A stretch of DNA of 33,462 bases from Candidatus Krumholzibacteriia bacterium (GTDB lineage Bacteria > Krumholzibacteriota > Krumholzibacteriia > LZORAL124-64-63): assembly GCA_046484865.1 (NCBI GenBank), contig JAWOID010000020.1, positions 1 to 33,462 of the forward strand, written 5' to 3'. Position 1 is the first letter of the stretch, and every line of letters starts with the position of its first letter. This document shows, in pieces, positions 25,510 through 33,462 of this stretch. The position numbers and the translations under genes were made by a program. The notes beneath the pieces are model-generated. The model worked only from the letters and a program-made list of their open reading frames with translations, was not told the DNA's origin and searched no databases.

Positions 25510-26444
25510 GGTGCGAACTCCGCGCGGATCGAGCGCAGCGGGCGCAGCCCGTCCTCGGGATCGGCGCGCCACAGGCGCTCCTGCTCCTCGCAGGCCGCCG
25601 GCTGCTTGCGGCCGTCACCGTCGGCGACGGCGCCGTCGCCCGCCGTCTCGACCAGCGAGCGCAGCGCCCCGGGCAGCCAGCAGTGACCCGTGGCGTACTC
25701 GGCTCCCCGGCCGTCCAGATCCAGGTGCAGTTCCACCATCTCCGCTCCCCAGCGGTGCACGGCCCGCAGCACCACCGCGGGCGAGACCGAGTGGTCCGAC
25801 CAGCCGCAGCGCAGCCGGGCCGGGGCCGCCGCCGCCGCCAGCTCGTGCCGGAGGGTGGCGATGGCCGCCAGGTTGCAGCTCTGCGGCCGGCAGGGATAGT
25901 GGCTGACGCAGTGCAGCACGGTGACGTCGCGGGCACCGGCGGCCACGGCCCAGGTCACCGCTTCGCGCACCTCGCCCAGGGTGGCCATGCCGGTGGAGAG
26001 CACCAGCGGCAGCCCGGTGGCGCCGCAGCGCTCGAGCAGCGGACGCCAGAGGATCTCGTAGGAGGCCACCTTCAGGAAGTCGACGTGCGGCGCCAGCTCG
26101 TCGACTCCCCGCAGGTCGAACGGCGTGCAGCCGAACCCGAGGCCACGCTCGCGCGCGACGGCGGCCAGCTCCGGCACGAAGCCCGGCGGCAGCTCCCACT
26201 CGCGCCGGCGCCGGTGCTCGGCGCTGCGTGCGAGGATCTCGGGCGCGAAGAGCCCGTCGAGCCGGAACAGCTGGAACTTCACCGCCTGGCACCCGGCGTC
26301 GGCGGCGGCGGCGATGAAGGCGCGGCAGCGGGCGAGGTCCACGGCGTGATTCGACGAGACCTCGGCCACGAACACCGGCCGGCCGGTGGCCGGTCGCCAC
26401 GGGGTGGGTGCGGAACGGGCGGCGAGAGCGGCCTCAGCTGGCAT
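25506..26444 (-). CDS. pseI: Nonulosonic acid synthase (NeuB/PseI family), short form without the C-terminal SAF domain
   Basis: 'FVAEVSSNH', 'AVKFQLF', 'CTPFD', 'LKVASYE', 'LVLSTGMA', 'VLHCVSHYP', 'GWSDHS' and 'ELHLDLD'. Confidence 0.85.
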   Translation of the reverse strand: MPAEAALAARSAPTPWRPATGRPVFVAEVSSNHAVDLARCRAFIAAAADAGCQAVKFQLFRLDGLFAPEILARSAEHRRRREWELPPGFVPELAAVARERGLGFGCTPFDLRGVDELAPHVDFLKVASYEILWRPLLERCGATGLPLVLSTGMATLGEVREAVTWAVAAGARDVTVLHCVSHYPCRPQSCNLAAIATLRHELAAAAAPARLRCGWSDHSVSPAVVLRAVHRWGAEMVELHLDLDGRGAEYATGHCWLPGALRSLVETAGDGAVADGDGRKQPAACEEQERLWRADPEDGLRPLRSIRAEFAP

Positions 26445-27627
26445 GGTGGAACTCCCGGATCAGAGCGATCACCCGGTCCTGGTCGGCCTCGGTGAGCGTC
26501 GGGTAGAGCGGCAGGGAGAGCGCTTCCGCATGGTAGGCCTCGGCCGCGGGGTGGTCGCCCGGGCGTGTGCCGAGCCGGCGGCGGTAGTAGGGATGCAGGT
26601 GCACGGGCAGGTAGTGGACCTGCGCGTGGACGTCGTGGGCGCGCAGGTGGTCGTACAGCTCGCGCCGGCGGGCGGTGCGAACCGTGTACAGGTGCCAGGC
26701 CAGCGGCGCCGGCGCATGGCGGGCGGCTCCTGCCGCCGCGGGCACCTGCTGCGCCCGCCTGATCCCCGGCAGGTCGGCCAGGGCCGCGTCGTAGCGGGCC
26801 GCCAGCTCGGCCCGGCGTTCGCGCCAGGCGTCGGCGCGGCCGAGCTGCGCGGTGCCGAGGGCCGCCTGGAGGTCGGTGAGCCGCGCGTTGAACCCGAGTT
26901 CGTGCATCTCCTGGTACCAGCCGCCGTGCTCGTCTCGTTGCCGGGCGGATCCGGGCGAGATCCCGTGGCTGCGCAGTTGCCGCAGGCGCCGGGCGACGCC
27001 GGCGTCGTTGGTGGTGACGGCTCCGCCCTCGCCGCAGGTCACGTGCTTGACCGGGTGGAAGCTGAAGACGGTGGCGTCGGAGTGGCGGGAGCACCCCACC
27101 GGCCAGGCCCGGCCATGCTCGTCGCGGTACCAGCTGCCGAGGGCGTGGCAGGCGTCCTCCAGCACGAACAGGCCGCGCTCGCGGGCCCGGCGGCCGAGGT
27201 CCGCGATGTCCGCCGGCAGACCCGCGAAGTGCACCGGCAGGATGCCGACGGCGTCGGGGTCGGTCGCGGCCCGTTTCAGGGCCGTGTCGGGGGACAGGTT
27301 CAGCGTCCGGGGATCCACGTCCGCGAGCAAGGGTTCGCCGCCGGCGAGCAGCACCGCGTTGGCCGTGGCCACGAAGGTGAGCGCCGGCACGACCACTCGC
27401 CGGCCGGGCGTCACCCCCAGGGCGATGCATGCCAGGTGCAGCGCTGCGGTGCCGTGGGAGACCGCCACCGCGTGGCGGACGCCGCAGTACTCGGCCAGAG
27501 CGGCCTCGAAGCGTTCCACCGCGGGCCCCTGGGTGAGCCGGTCCGAGCGCAGGACGGTCGCCACGGCGGCCACGTCCGTGCCGTCGATCGTCTGCCGGCC
27601 GTAGGGGATGGTCGCGGTCGTGATCAA
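26434..27627 (-). CDS. pseC: PseC-type UDP-sugar aminotransferase (DegT/DnrJ family)
   Basis: TTG start overlapping the pseB stop. 'IPYGRQTI', 'LTQGPAVERFE', 'EDACHALG', PLP-lysine motif 'FSFHPVKHVTCGEGG' and 'QVHYLPVH'. Confidence 0.9.
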   Translation of the reverse strand: MITTATIPYGRQTIDGTDVAAVATVLRSDRLTQGPAVERFEAALAEYCGVRHAVAVSHGTAALHLACIALGVTPGRRVVVPALTFVATANAVLLAGGEPLLADVDPRTLNLSPDTALKRAATDPDAVGILPVHFAGLPADIADLGRRARERGLFVLEDACHALGSWYRDEHGRAWPVGCSRHSDATVFSFHPVKHVTCGEGGAVTTNDAGVARRLRQLRSHGISPGSARQRDEHGGWYQEMHELGFNARLTDLQAALGTAQLGRADAWRERRAELAARYDAALADLPGIRRAQQVPAAAGAARHAPAPLAWHLYTVRTARRRELYDHLRAHDVHAQVHYLPVHLHPYYRRRLGTRPGDHPAAEAYHAEALSLPLYPTLTEADQDRVIALIREFHHAS

Positions 27628-28661
27628 ACTCCGACCACCTGCGGTTCGGGAATGCCCGTGAGCAGCCGGCGCAGATCGTCCACGTCCAGCCACTGCTCGT
27701 TGCTGTCGGAGGCGTAGCGGAAATCGGGAGGCACGCGCCGGCCGTTCGGCGCCACCAGCCGCGGCGTGACGCTGGCGTAGGCGGCCGGGTAGATCACGTA
27801 GAGGCCGTCGTGGGCGAATGTGGTGCGCGCGTCTTCCTCGGTGATGAGCACCTCGTGCAGCTTCTCGCCCGGACGGATGCCCACCGTCTCGAGCTCGGCG
27901 TCGGGATGGATGGCCCGCGCCAGATCCGTGACGCGGCAGGAGGGGATGCGCCCCACGAACACCTCGCCGCCGTGGCCCAGCTCGATGGCGGTGAGCACCA
28001 TCTCCACCGCCTGCTCCAGGGTGATCCAGAAGCGGGTCATGCCCGGATCGGTGATCGGCAGCGTGCGGGCGCCCTGGGCGCGCAGCTTGCGGAAGAACGG
28101 CACCACCGAGCCGCGGCTGCCCACGACGTTGCCGTAGCGGACGACGGTGAACGCCGGACCGCCGGCGGAGTATGCCTGCGCAGATCGGAAGAGCTTGTCC
28201 GACACCAGCTTGGTGGCCCCGTAGAGGTTCACCGGGTTGACGGCTTTGTCGGTGGAGAGGGCCACGACCTTCGTCACCTGGCGGTCGATGGCGGCGTCGA
28301 TGATGTTGCGCGCACCCAGGATGTTGGTGTTGACCGCCTCGATGGGGTTGTACTCCATCAACGGCACGTGCTTCAGCGCCGCGGCGTGGATGACGTGGTC
28401 CACGCCGTGGAAGGCGCGGTACAGCCGTTCGCGGTCGCGCACGTCGCCGATGAAGAAGCGCAGGCGCGCGGCGTCGGCGGCCAGTTCCTGCTGCATCTCG
28501 TACTGCTTGTGCTCGTCCCGCGAGTAGATGATGATGCGCCGGTACGGCAGATGTGCCAGCGCATGGCGGACGAAGGCCCGGCCGAACGAGCCGGTCCCGC
28601 CCGTGACGAGCACCGTCTTGCCCCGGTAGATCTCCGCGGGACCCTCGTGCCTGAGGAACAT
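27624..28661 (-). CDS. pseB: UDP-N-acetylglucosamine 4,6-dehydratase (inverting)
   Basis: GAAGGAG RBS. 'VTGGTGSFG', 'SRDEHKQ', 'HAAALKHVP..EYNP', 'LSTDKAVNPVNLYGATK', 'VRYGNVVGSRGSVVP', 'MTRFWITL' and 'GIRPGEKLHE'. Confidence 0.93.
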   Translation of the reverse strand: MFLRHEGPAEIYRGKTVLVTGGTGSFGRAFVRHALAHLPYRRIIIYSRDEHKQYEMQQELAADAARLRFFIGDVRDRERLYRAFHGVDHVIHAAALKHVPLMEYNPIEAVNTNILGARNIIDAAIDRQVTKVVALSTDKAVNPVNLYGATKLVSDKLFRSAQAYSAGGPAFTVVRYGNVVGSRGSVVPFFRKLRAQGARTLPITDPGMTRFWITLEQAVEMVLTAIELGHGGEVFVGRIPSCRVTDLARAIHPDAELETVGIRPGEKLHEVLITEEDARTTFAHDGLYVIYPAAYASVTPRLVAPNGRRVPPDFRYASDSNEQWLDVDDLRRLLTGIPEPQVVGV

Positions 28662-28717
28662 GCTCCACTCCTTCCGGCGAGCCGGGCCCGTGAGGCCGGT
28701 GCCGCCGGCGGCGGGAA

Positions 28718-28733
28718 TGCAAGAATCGCCCCA
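28718..28733 (-). promoter_or_regulatory. Candidate sigma54 (-24/-12) promoter for the pseB operon
   Basis: Minus strand reads TGGGGCGATTCTTGCA versus consensus TGGCACG-N4-TTGCW. It ends about 57 nt upstream of the pseB ATG. Confidence 0.55.
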
Positions 28734-28769
28734 GATCTCGAAGCCGCGACCGGTGAAGGAGATACCCGC

Positions 28770-29501
28770 TTGAGCCACCCCAGCAATGCTCCGTCGCCGC
28801 CGCGAGTGGCAGTCGTCGTGCAGTCGCGGATGGGATCGAGCCGCTACCCCGGCAAGATGATGGCCGACCTCGCCGGCCGGCCACTCATCGACCACATCCT
28901 GGAGCGGGCGCAGGCGGTGCGCTCGGCCGGCTCGGTGATGCTGGCCACCACCGATCACCCGCGGGACGACGTCCTGGCCGCGCGGGCGCTCGCACTCGGC
29001 GTGGCGGTGGTGCGCGGTCCCGAGGACGACGTCATGCAGCGGTTCCTGCTGGCCCTGGAGCAGCATCCGGCGGAGTACGTGGCGCGCGTGTGCGGCGACT
29101 CGCCCCTGTTCGAGCCCGCGTTCCTGGACCGCTGCGCCGCCGCCTTGATCGCCGCCGACGGCGACGTGGCCCTCCTGCGCGGCCGTCCGGCCAGCGCGTT
29201 GCAGGGGGCGGAGGTGGTGTCGGCCCGGGCCCTGCGTCGCAGCCATGAACTGGCGCCCGACGACCCACTGGTGCGCGAGCATGTCACGGCATTCGCGCTC
29301 CGCCACGCCGGCGAGCACTTCCGGGTGGTGGAGCTGGAGCCCGATCCGGCGTACCTGGGCGACTTCGACCTCTCGGTGGACACGCCGGCCGACCTGGAGC
29401 GCCTGCGCGCCATCTACGCGTGCTGCTACCGGCCGGGCTCGATCGTCGACCTGCGCGAGGTGGTGGCGGAGATCGGTGCGGGGCGGCTCCCGGCGCGGTG
29501 A
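28770..29501 (+). CDS. SpsF/PseF-like acylneuraminate cytidylyltransferase
   Basis: TTG start after GAAGGAG. 'VVQSRMGSSRYPGK', 'RGPEDDVMQRF', 'ARVCGDSP', 'REHVT' and 'LSVDTPADL'. Confidence 0.88.
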   Translation: MSHPSNAPSPPRVAVVVQSRMGSSRYPGKMMADLAGRPLIDHILERAQAVRSAGSVMLATTDHPRDDVLAARALALGVAVVRGPEDDVMQRFLLALEQHPAEYVARVCGDSPLFEPAFLDRCAAALIAADGDVALLRGRPASALQGAEVVSARALRRSHELAPDDPLVREHVTAFALRHAGEHFRVVELEPDPAYLGDFDLSVDTPADLERLRAIYACCYRPGSIVDLREVVAEIGAGRLPAR

Positions 29502-29515
29502 TGGCGTTGCCGCCT

Positions 29516-29569
29516 CCGGCCGCGAGGTGGGCCGGCCACGAGGTGGGCCGGCCGCGAGGTGGGCCGGCC
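29516..29569. repeat. 16-bp intergenic tandem repeat CCGGCC(G/A)CGAGGTGGG, three copies plus a partial
   Basis: Units start at 29516, 29532 and 29548, with a partial at 29564. No spacers. Confidence 0.85.
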
Positions 29570-29644
29570 AAAAAGCGGCCACGAAGCGGTCCGGCCCCCG
29601 GGCGGGACGGAGGACCGGATCGCCCCCTCCGGGCAGGCACCCCA

Positions 29645-29674
29645 TTGCCAAACCACCCACGGTTCTGATAGGAT
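29645..29674 (+). promoter_or_regulatory. Candidate sigma70 promoter for the MBOAT-SGNH operon
   Basis: TTGCCA (29645-29650), 18-nt spacer, TAGGAT (29669-29674) with an extended TG at 29666-29667. Confidence 0.4.
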
Positions 29675-29857
29675 CGCAGTGGCCGTCGCGCCATGTGCAG
29701 CGACCGAGCACACGCGCCCAGCCCCCGAGCGGGGTCTCGAACGGCTCTCACCATTCAGGACGGCGGTTGGCTGGTGCGCGGTCTTGTGCGCCCGCGAACC
29801 AGTCCCCGGCGGCAGCGGGCATGCGTCCACGGAGCCCGGACGGGAGATCGAAGCACC

Positions 29858-31291
29858 ATGCTGTTCAACTCCGGCGCTTTCGCCCTCTTCCTGCCGCTGG
29901 TGTTCGCGCTGTACTGGACCCTGTCACGGGCCCCGCTCAGGATGCAGAACGCGTTGCTCGTGGTCGCCAGCTACGTGTTCTACGGCTGGTGGGACTGGCG
30001 ATTCCTGTCCCTGATCGCATTCAGTTCGACCGTCGACTACGTGGTCGGTCTGGGGCTGGCAGGCACGGCGGATGAGCGCCGCCGCCGGGTGCTGCTGCTG
30101 GTCAGCCTGGCGACGAATCTCGGCCTGCTGGGCGTCTTCAAGTACTACGACTTCTTCATCGAGTCGGCCGCCGAGCTGCTGACCGGGATCGGCGTCCAGC
30201 CGAACGTGTCGACCTTGCGGATCATCCTGCCGGTGGGCATCAGCTTCTACACCTTCCAGACGCTCAGCTACACGATCGATATCTACCGGCGGAAACTCGA
30301 GCCCACGCGCGATGCGGTCGCGTTCTTCGCCTTCGTCAGCTTCTTCCCTCAGCTCGTCGCCGGTCCGATCGAGCGCGCGTCCAACCTGCTGCCCCAGTTC
30401 CTGCGTCCTCGCCGCTTCGACGAGGACGCCGCGCGCGACGGCGTCCGCCAGATGGTGAATGGTTTTCTGAAGAAGGTGGTGGTTGCCGACAACCTGGCCC
30501 CCCACGTCGACACGATCTTCGGCGGCGCCCAGACCGCGGACGGGTTGACGCTCTGGATCGGCGTCTTCTTCTTCGCGATCCAGATCTACTGCGATTTCTC
30601 GGGGTACTCGGACATCGCGCTCGGCACGGCGCGGCTCTTCGGTTTCGAGTTGATGCGCAACTTCCGCTTTCCGTATTTCGCGCGCGACATCGCCGAGTTC
30701 TGGCGCCGCTGGCACATCTCGCTCTCGACCTGGTTCCGGGACTACGTGTTCATTCCCCTCGGCGGCAGCCGGGCGTCGACCAGCCGGCGCATCCTGAACA
30801 CCATGATCACCTTCACCGTGAGCGGTCTCTGGCATGGGGCGAACTGGACCTTCGTCATCTGGGGATTCCTGAACGGACTCTACTACGTGCCGCTCGCGCT
30901 GATCGGCCGGCACCGCCAGAACCGGGGCGAGCCGGCCGAGGGTCGCCTGATCCCCTCGGCGGCCGAGGCCGCCAGCATGCTGCTGACGTTCGTCGCCACG
31001 CTGGTCGCCTGGGTCTTCTTCCGCGCGGACTCGCTCCGGCACGCGCTGACCTACCTGGGCGGCATGTTCGGCAGGGGCTGGGAACCGAGCGCGCTGCAGA
31101 CTTACGCGCCGCTGTTGATGATGTGCGGCTTGCTGCTCGGGATCGAGTGGTTGCAGCGCTACCGGCGGTATGCGCTCGACATCGGCGGTTTGCCGCTCAC
31201 CGTGCGGTGGGGCATCTACCAGGCCGCGATCCTGGTGTTCCTCGTGTTCGGTAGCTTCCGCGAGCAGGCCTTCATCTACTTCCAGTTCTGA
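29858..31291 (+). CDS. MBOAT-family O-acyltransferase (AlgI/PatA-like)
   Basis: 'MLFNS..F', 'ASYVFYGWWDWRF', 'LPVGISFYTFQTLSY', 'FFPQLVAGPIER', 'QIYCDFSGYSDIA', 'EFWRRWHISLSTW', 'SGLWHGANWTF' and C-terminus 'FIYFQF'. Confidence 0.95.
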   Translation: MLFNSGAFALFLPLVFALYWTLSRAPLRMQNALLVVASYVFYGWWDWRFLSLIAFSSTVDYVVGLGLAGTADERRRRVLLLVSLATNLGLLGVFKYYDFFIESAAELLTGIGVQPNVSTLRIILPVGISFYTFQTLSYTIDIYRRKLEPTRDAVAFFAFVSFFPQLVAGPIERASNLLPQFLRPRRFDEDAARDGVRQMVNGFLKKVVVADNLAPHVDTIFGGAQTADGLTLWIGVFFFAIQIYCDFSGYSDIALGTARLFGFELMRNFRFPYFARDIAEFWRRWHISLSTWFRDYVFIPLGGSRASTSRRILNTMITFTVSGLWHGANWTFVIWGFLNGLYYVPLALIGRHRQNRGEPAEGRLIPSAAEAASMLLTFVATLVAWVFFRADSLRHALTYLGGMFGRGWEPSALQTYAPLLMMCGLLLGIEWLQRYRRYALDIGGLPLTVRWGIYQAAILVFLVFGSFREQAFIYFQF

Positions 31292-31300
31292 GAGGTCGCC

Positions 31301-32419
31301 ATGCTCAGGTTCCTGATCCGCGCCGGAGTCCTCGCAATGCTGACCCTCGTGGTGCTCGAGTCGTTCTTCACCTGGGTCCTGCCGGCGAGCTGTCAGCCGC
31401 GGAACCGGCAGGACGCCTCCACCGGGCTGGTATCGTTCGACCGGAGCTGGCGGAAGTCCGGCGTGATATCGCACGGACCCCTGTGCAAGCAACCCTCGCG
31501 CTGGCAGATCAACAAGGCCGGCTACAACAGCATCTACGATTACGTCGACGCGGGGGCTCGTGCCCGGCCTCTCGTCGCGCTGCTCGGAGACAGTTTCGTG
31601 CAGGGCTTCTACTCGGACGTCCAGGAGCACATGGAGGTGCATCTGAACGAACTCTTCCAGGGAGACGTCGATGTCTACGCCTTCGGACATGCGGGCGCCC
31701 ACCTCGCCCAGTACATGGCGATGACGGAGCATTTCGAGCGGGTCTACGATCCCGATGTCTACGTGTACGTGGTCCACGGCGCCGTCGAGCGGGCCGTCGA
31801 CACGCCGGTGCGGACCTATTTCTCGATCGCCGCCACCGACAGCGGTTTCGAGCTGATCCCGCCGCGGGTCACTTACCAGCAGCGCGGGATCGGCCGCACG
31901 ATCTTCCGCAGCTCGCTGCTGCGCTACCTGTACCTGAACAATCGTCTCATCCCGGCACAGAACGCGATAGCCGTCCCGGATATGGGCTGGCTCGACACGT
32001 GGACGGAGGCGGACGTCGCGAGGTACCGGCGCGCCGGCCGTTTCGCTCTCGCCTGGCTGGACAGCGTCGCGCCCGGCAAGCCCAAGGTCTTCGTGGTCGA
32101 TGCGCCTCGCGACCAGATCTACGAGAGTACCGAGGATCTCGTCCGCGACATGGACTACCAGGTCCTCAGCGTCGTGTGCGACGAGTTCCCGGATTCCTAC
32201 TGCCTGGACCTCGCCCCCGTGTTCCGCGAGAACTGGCAGCGTGAGCAGCGAGCCTTCAACCCGGACTTCGACCCGCACTGGAATGCTCACGGTGATCGGG
32301 TGGTGGCCGCGGCCATCTGGAGCTTCCTGCGGGCGAACGATCTCGTCCGGACGACTGGATCCGTGGTGCCGGTCCGCGCCGTCGAGACCGCATCCTCGGC
32401 GGCCGGCACGGCGCCCTGA
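31301..32419 (+). CDS. Membrane-anchored SGNH-like protein (AlgJ/PatB-like partner of the MBOAT)
   Basis: N-terminal TM helix, block I 'LLGDSF' and block V 'DPHWNAHG'. Starts 9 nt after the MBOAT stop. Confidence 0.78.
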   Translation: MLRFLIRAGVLAMLTLVVLESFFTWVLPASCQPRNRQDASTGLVSFDRSWRKSGVISHGPLCKQPSRWQINKAGYNSIYDYVDAGARARPLVALLGDSFVQGFYSDVQEHMEVHLNELFQGDVDVYAFGHAGAHLAQYMAMTEHFERVYDPDVYVYVVHGAVERAVDTPVRTYFSIAATDSGFELIPPRVTYQQRGIGRTIFRSSLLRYLYLNNRLIPAQNAIAVPDMGWLDTWTEADVARYRRAGRFALAWLDSVAPGKPKVFVVDAPRDQIYESTEDLVRDMDYQVLSVVCDEFPDSYCLDLAPVFRENWQREQRAFNPDFDPHWNAHGDRVVAAAIWSFLRANDLVRTTGSVVPVRAVETASSAAGTAP

Positions 32420-32432
32420 GAGTCGCTCCGAG

Positions 32433-33461
32433 CTACGCCGCCCCCGCCGACATCGACTGGATGCGGTCGGTGAGCGATGCGGGCGAATCGCCGGCGAAAT
32501 ACAGGCTGTGCCACAGTTCGAGGTTCAGCAGGATCCAGAGCCGGTAGCTGTGATCGGCCCGGCCGGACGTGTGCTCCTGCAGCAGCCGGCGCACCTCGGC
32601 GCCGTCGAACACGCCGCTCGCCACCAGCTGCGACCGACCGAGCAGTCCTTCGAGGCACGGCCGCAGGTCGCCGCGCATCCAGCTGCCGATCGGAAAGGAG
32701 AACCCCTGCTTCGGGCGGTCGATCAGCTCGGGCGGCAGATAGCGGGACGCCACGCTCCTGAGGATGTGCTTCAGGCGCCGTCCCTTCAGCTTCAGGCGGG
32801 CCGGGATGGCGGCCGCGAACTCCACCACCCGGTGATCCACCAGCGGCGAGCGGTTCTCCAGCGAGTGCGCCATCGACATGCGGTCGACGATCGTGAGCAG
32901 GTGGTCGGGCATGCGTGTCATGAGGTCGGTGAAGAGCATGCGGTCGACCAGGTCCTCGGCGTTGTCGGCGTCGAAGTGACGGAGGATCTTGGCCACCGAG
33001 TCGCCGTCCGACACCTGGCGCGCCGCGCCGGCGCTGAACAGCCGCTCCCGCGCCGCGGGAGTGAATCGCAGGAAGCTGAGCGAGTGCGCGTAGCGGGCGC
33101 CGTGCGAGTGGAAGGACATCTCGTTCACCCACGCCGCCTTCTGCGCCAGGCTCTTGTAGCCGAACGACTCGGGGATGAGTGCCACCAGCCGCGCCATGAA
33201 GCGCCGCCGGAAGCCCTCGGGCAGCAGCGCGTAGATGTCCACGAAACGCTGGCCCGCGTACCGGTCGTAGCCGGCGAAGCTCTCGTCGCCGCCGTCGCCG
33301 CCGAGGACCACCTTCACTCTCTCGGCCGCCATCTGGGACACCAGGTAGACGCCGAATCCGAACGGATCGGAGGGCTCGTCCAGTTGCCGGATCATGTGCG
33401 GCAGGATCTCCACCAGGTCGGGATCGACGATGCGCTCGTGCCCCTCGAGGCCGTGGCGTTC
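32433..33461 (-). CDS. asnB: AsnB-like (asparagine synthase family) amidotransferase, C-terminal part; 5' end lies outside the window
   Basis: 'LDEP..D', 'KVVLGGDGGDESFAGY', 'VDRMSMAHSLENRSPLVD' and 'RPKQGF'. Frame is open to the window end. Confidence 0.9.
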   Translation of the reverse strand, partial: ERHGLEGHERIVDPDLVEILPHMIRQLDEPSDPFGFGVYLVSQMAAERVKVVLGGDGGDESFAGYDRYAGQRFVDIYALLPEGFRRRFMARLVALIPESFGYKSLAQKAAWVNEMSFHSHGARYAHSLSFLRFTPAARERLFSAGAARQVSDGDSVAKILRHFDADNAEDLVDRMLFTDLMTRMPDHLLTIVDRMSMAHSLENRSPLVDHRVVEFAAAIPARLKLKGRRLKHILRSVASRYLPPELIDRPKQGFSFPIGSWMRGDLRPCLEGLLGRSQLVASGVFDGAEVRRLLQEHTSGRADHSYRLWILLNLELWHSLYFAGDSPASLTDRIQSMSAGAA

Positions 33462-33462
33462 C

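Noticed and set aside
22385..25936. 1183-aa ORF suggesting a long N-terminal extension of the GH57 protein
   Set aside because: The upstream part overlaps pseG and pseI in another frame. The real start is the coupled ATG at 24436.
29516..29569. Possible CRISPR array
   Set aside because: The units are contiguous 16-mers with no spacers, and no cas genes are present.
1625..32290. Many long antisense ORFs (e.g. 1625-4018, 14018-16705, 17149-19515, 29924-32290)
   Set aside because: These are expected in high-GC DNA, where the strand opposite real genes lacks stop codons. None shows a recognisable domain.

Overview
Very GC-rich bacterial chromosomal segment. The C-terminal TWGxLKxLY motif suggests an FCB-affiliated candidate phylum such as Krumholzibacteriota/Latescibacterota, but that is inference only. 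I see no rRNA, tRNA, CRISPR array or mobile element. From left to right: (1) the tail of a LEA-like protein, a stand-alone double-PAS protein, and an SppA protease carrying an extra N-terminal beta-barrel-like domain; (2) a 54-aa membrane microprotein missed by the ORF track, a Fur/PerR regulator, and a divergent ECF sigma / zinc anti-sigma / DUF4097 operon; (3) a complete phosphate locus (phoB-phoR-phoU and pstS-pstC-pstA-pstB) split by an M14 peptidase, with 11-bp-periodic Pho-box repeats; (4) a secreted Cys-rich protein ending in TWGALKQLYR; (5) a tightly coupled pseudaminic-acid-like operon (pseB-pseC-short pseI-pseG) with a candidate sigma54 promoter, no pseH, and two unusual coupled genes: a GH57-fold protein and an HP-motif GT-B transferase fused to a SAM methyltransferase that carries a 1-bp frameshift; (6) a divergent SpsF/PseF-like cytidylyltransferase, an MBOAT+SGNH O-acetylation pair and a partial AsnB-like amidotransferase. 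The best candidates for new biology are the variant nonulosonic-acid glycan system, the TWG C-terminal motif and the barrel-SppA fusion.
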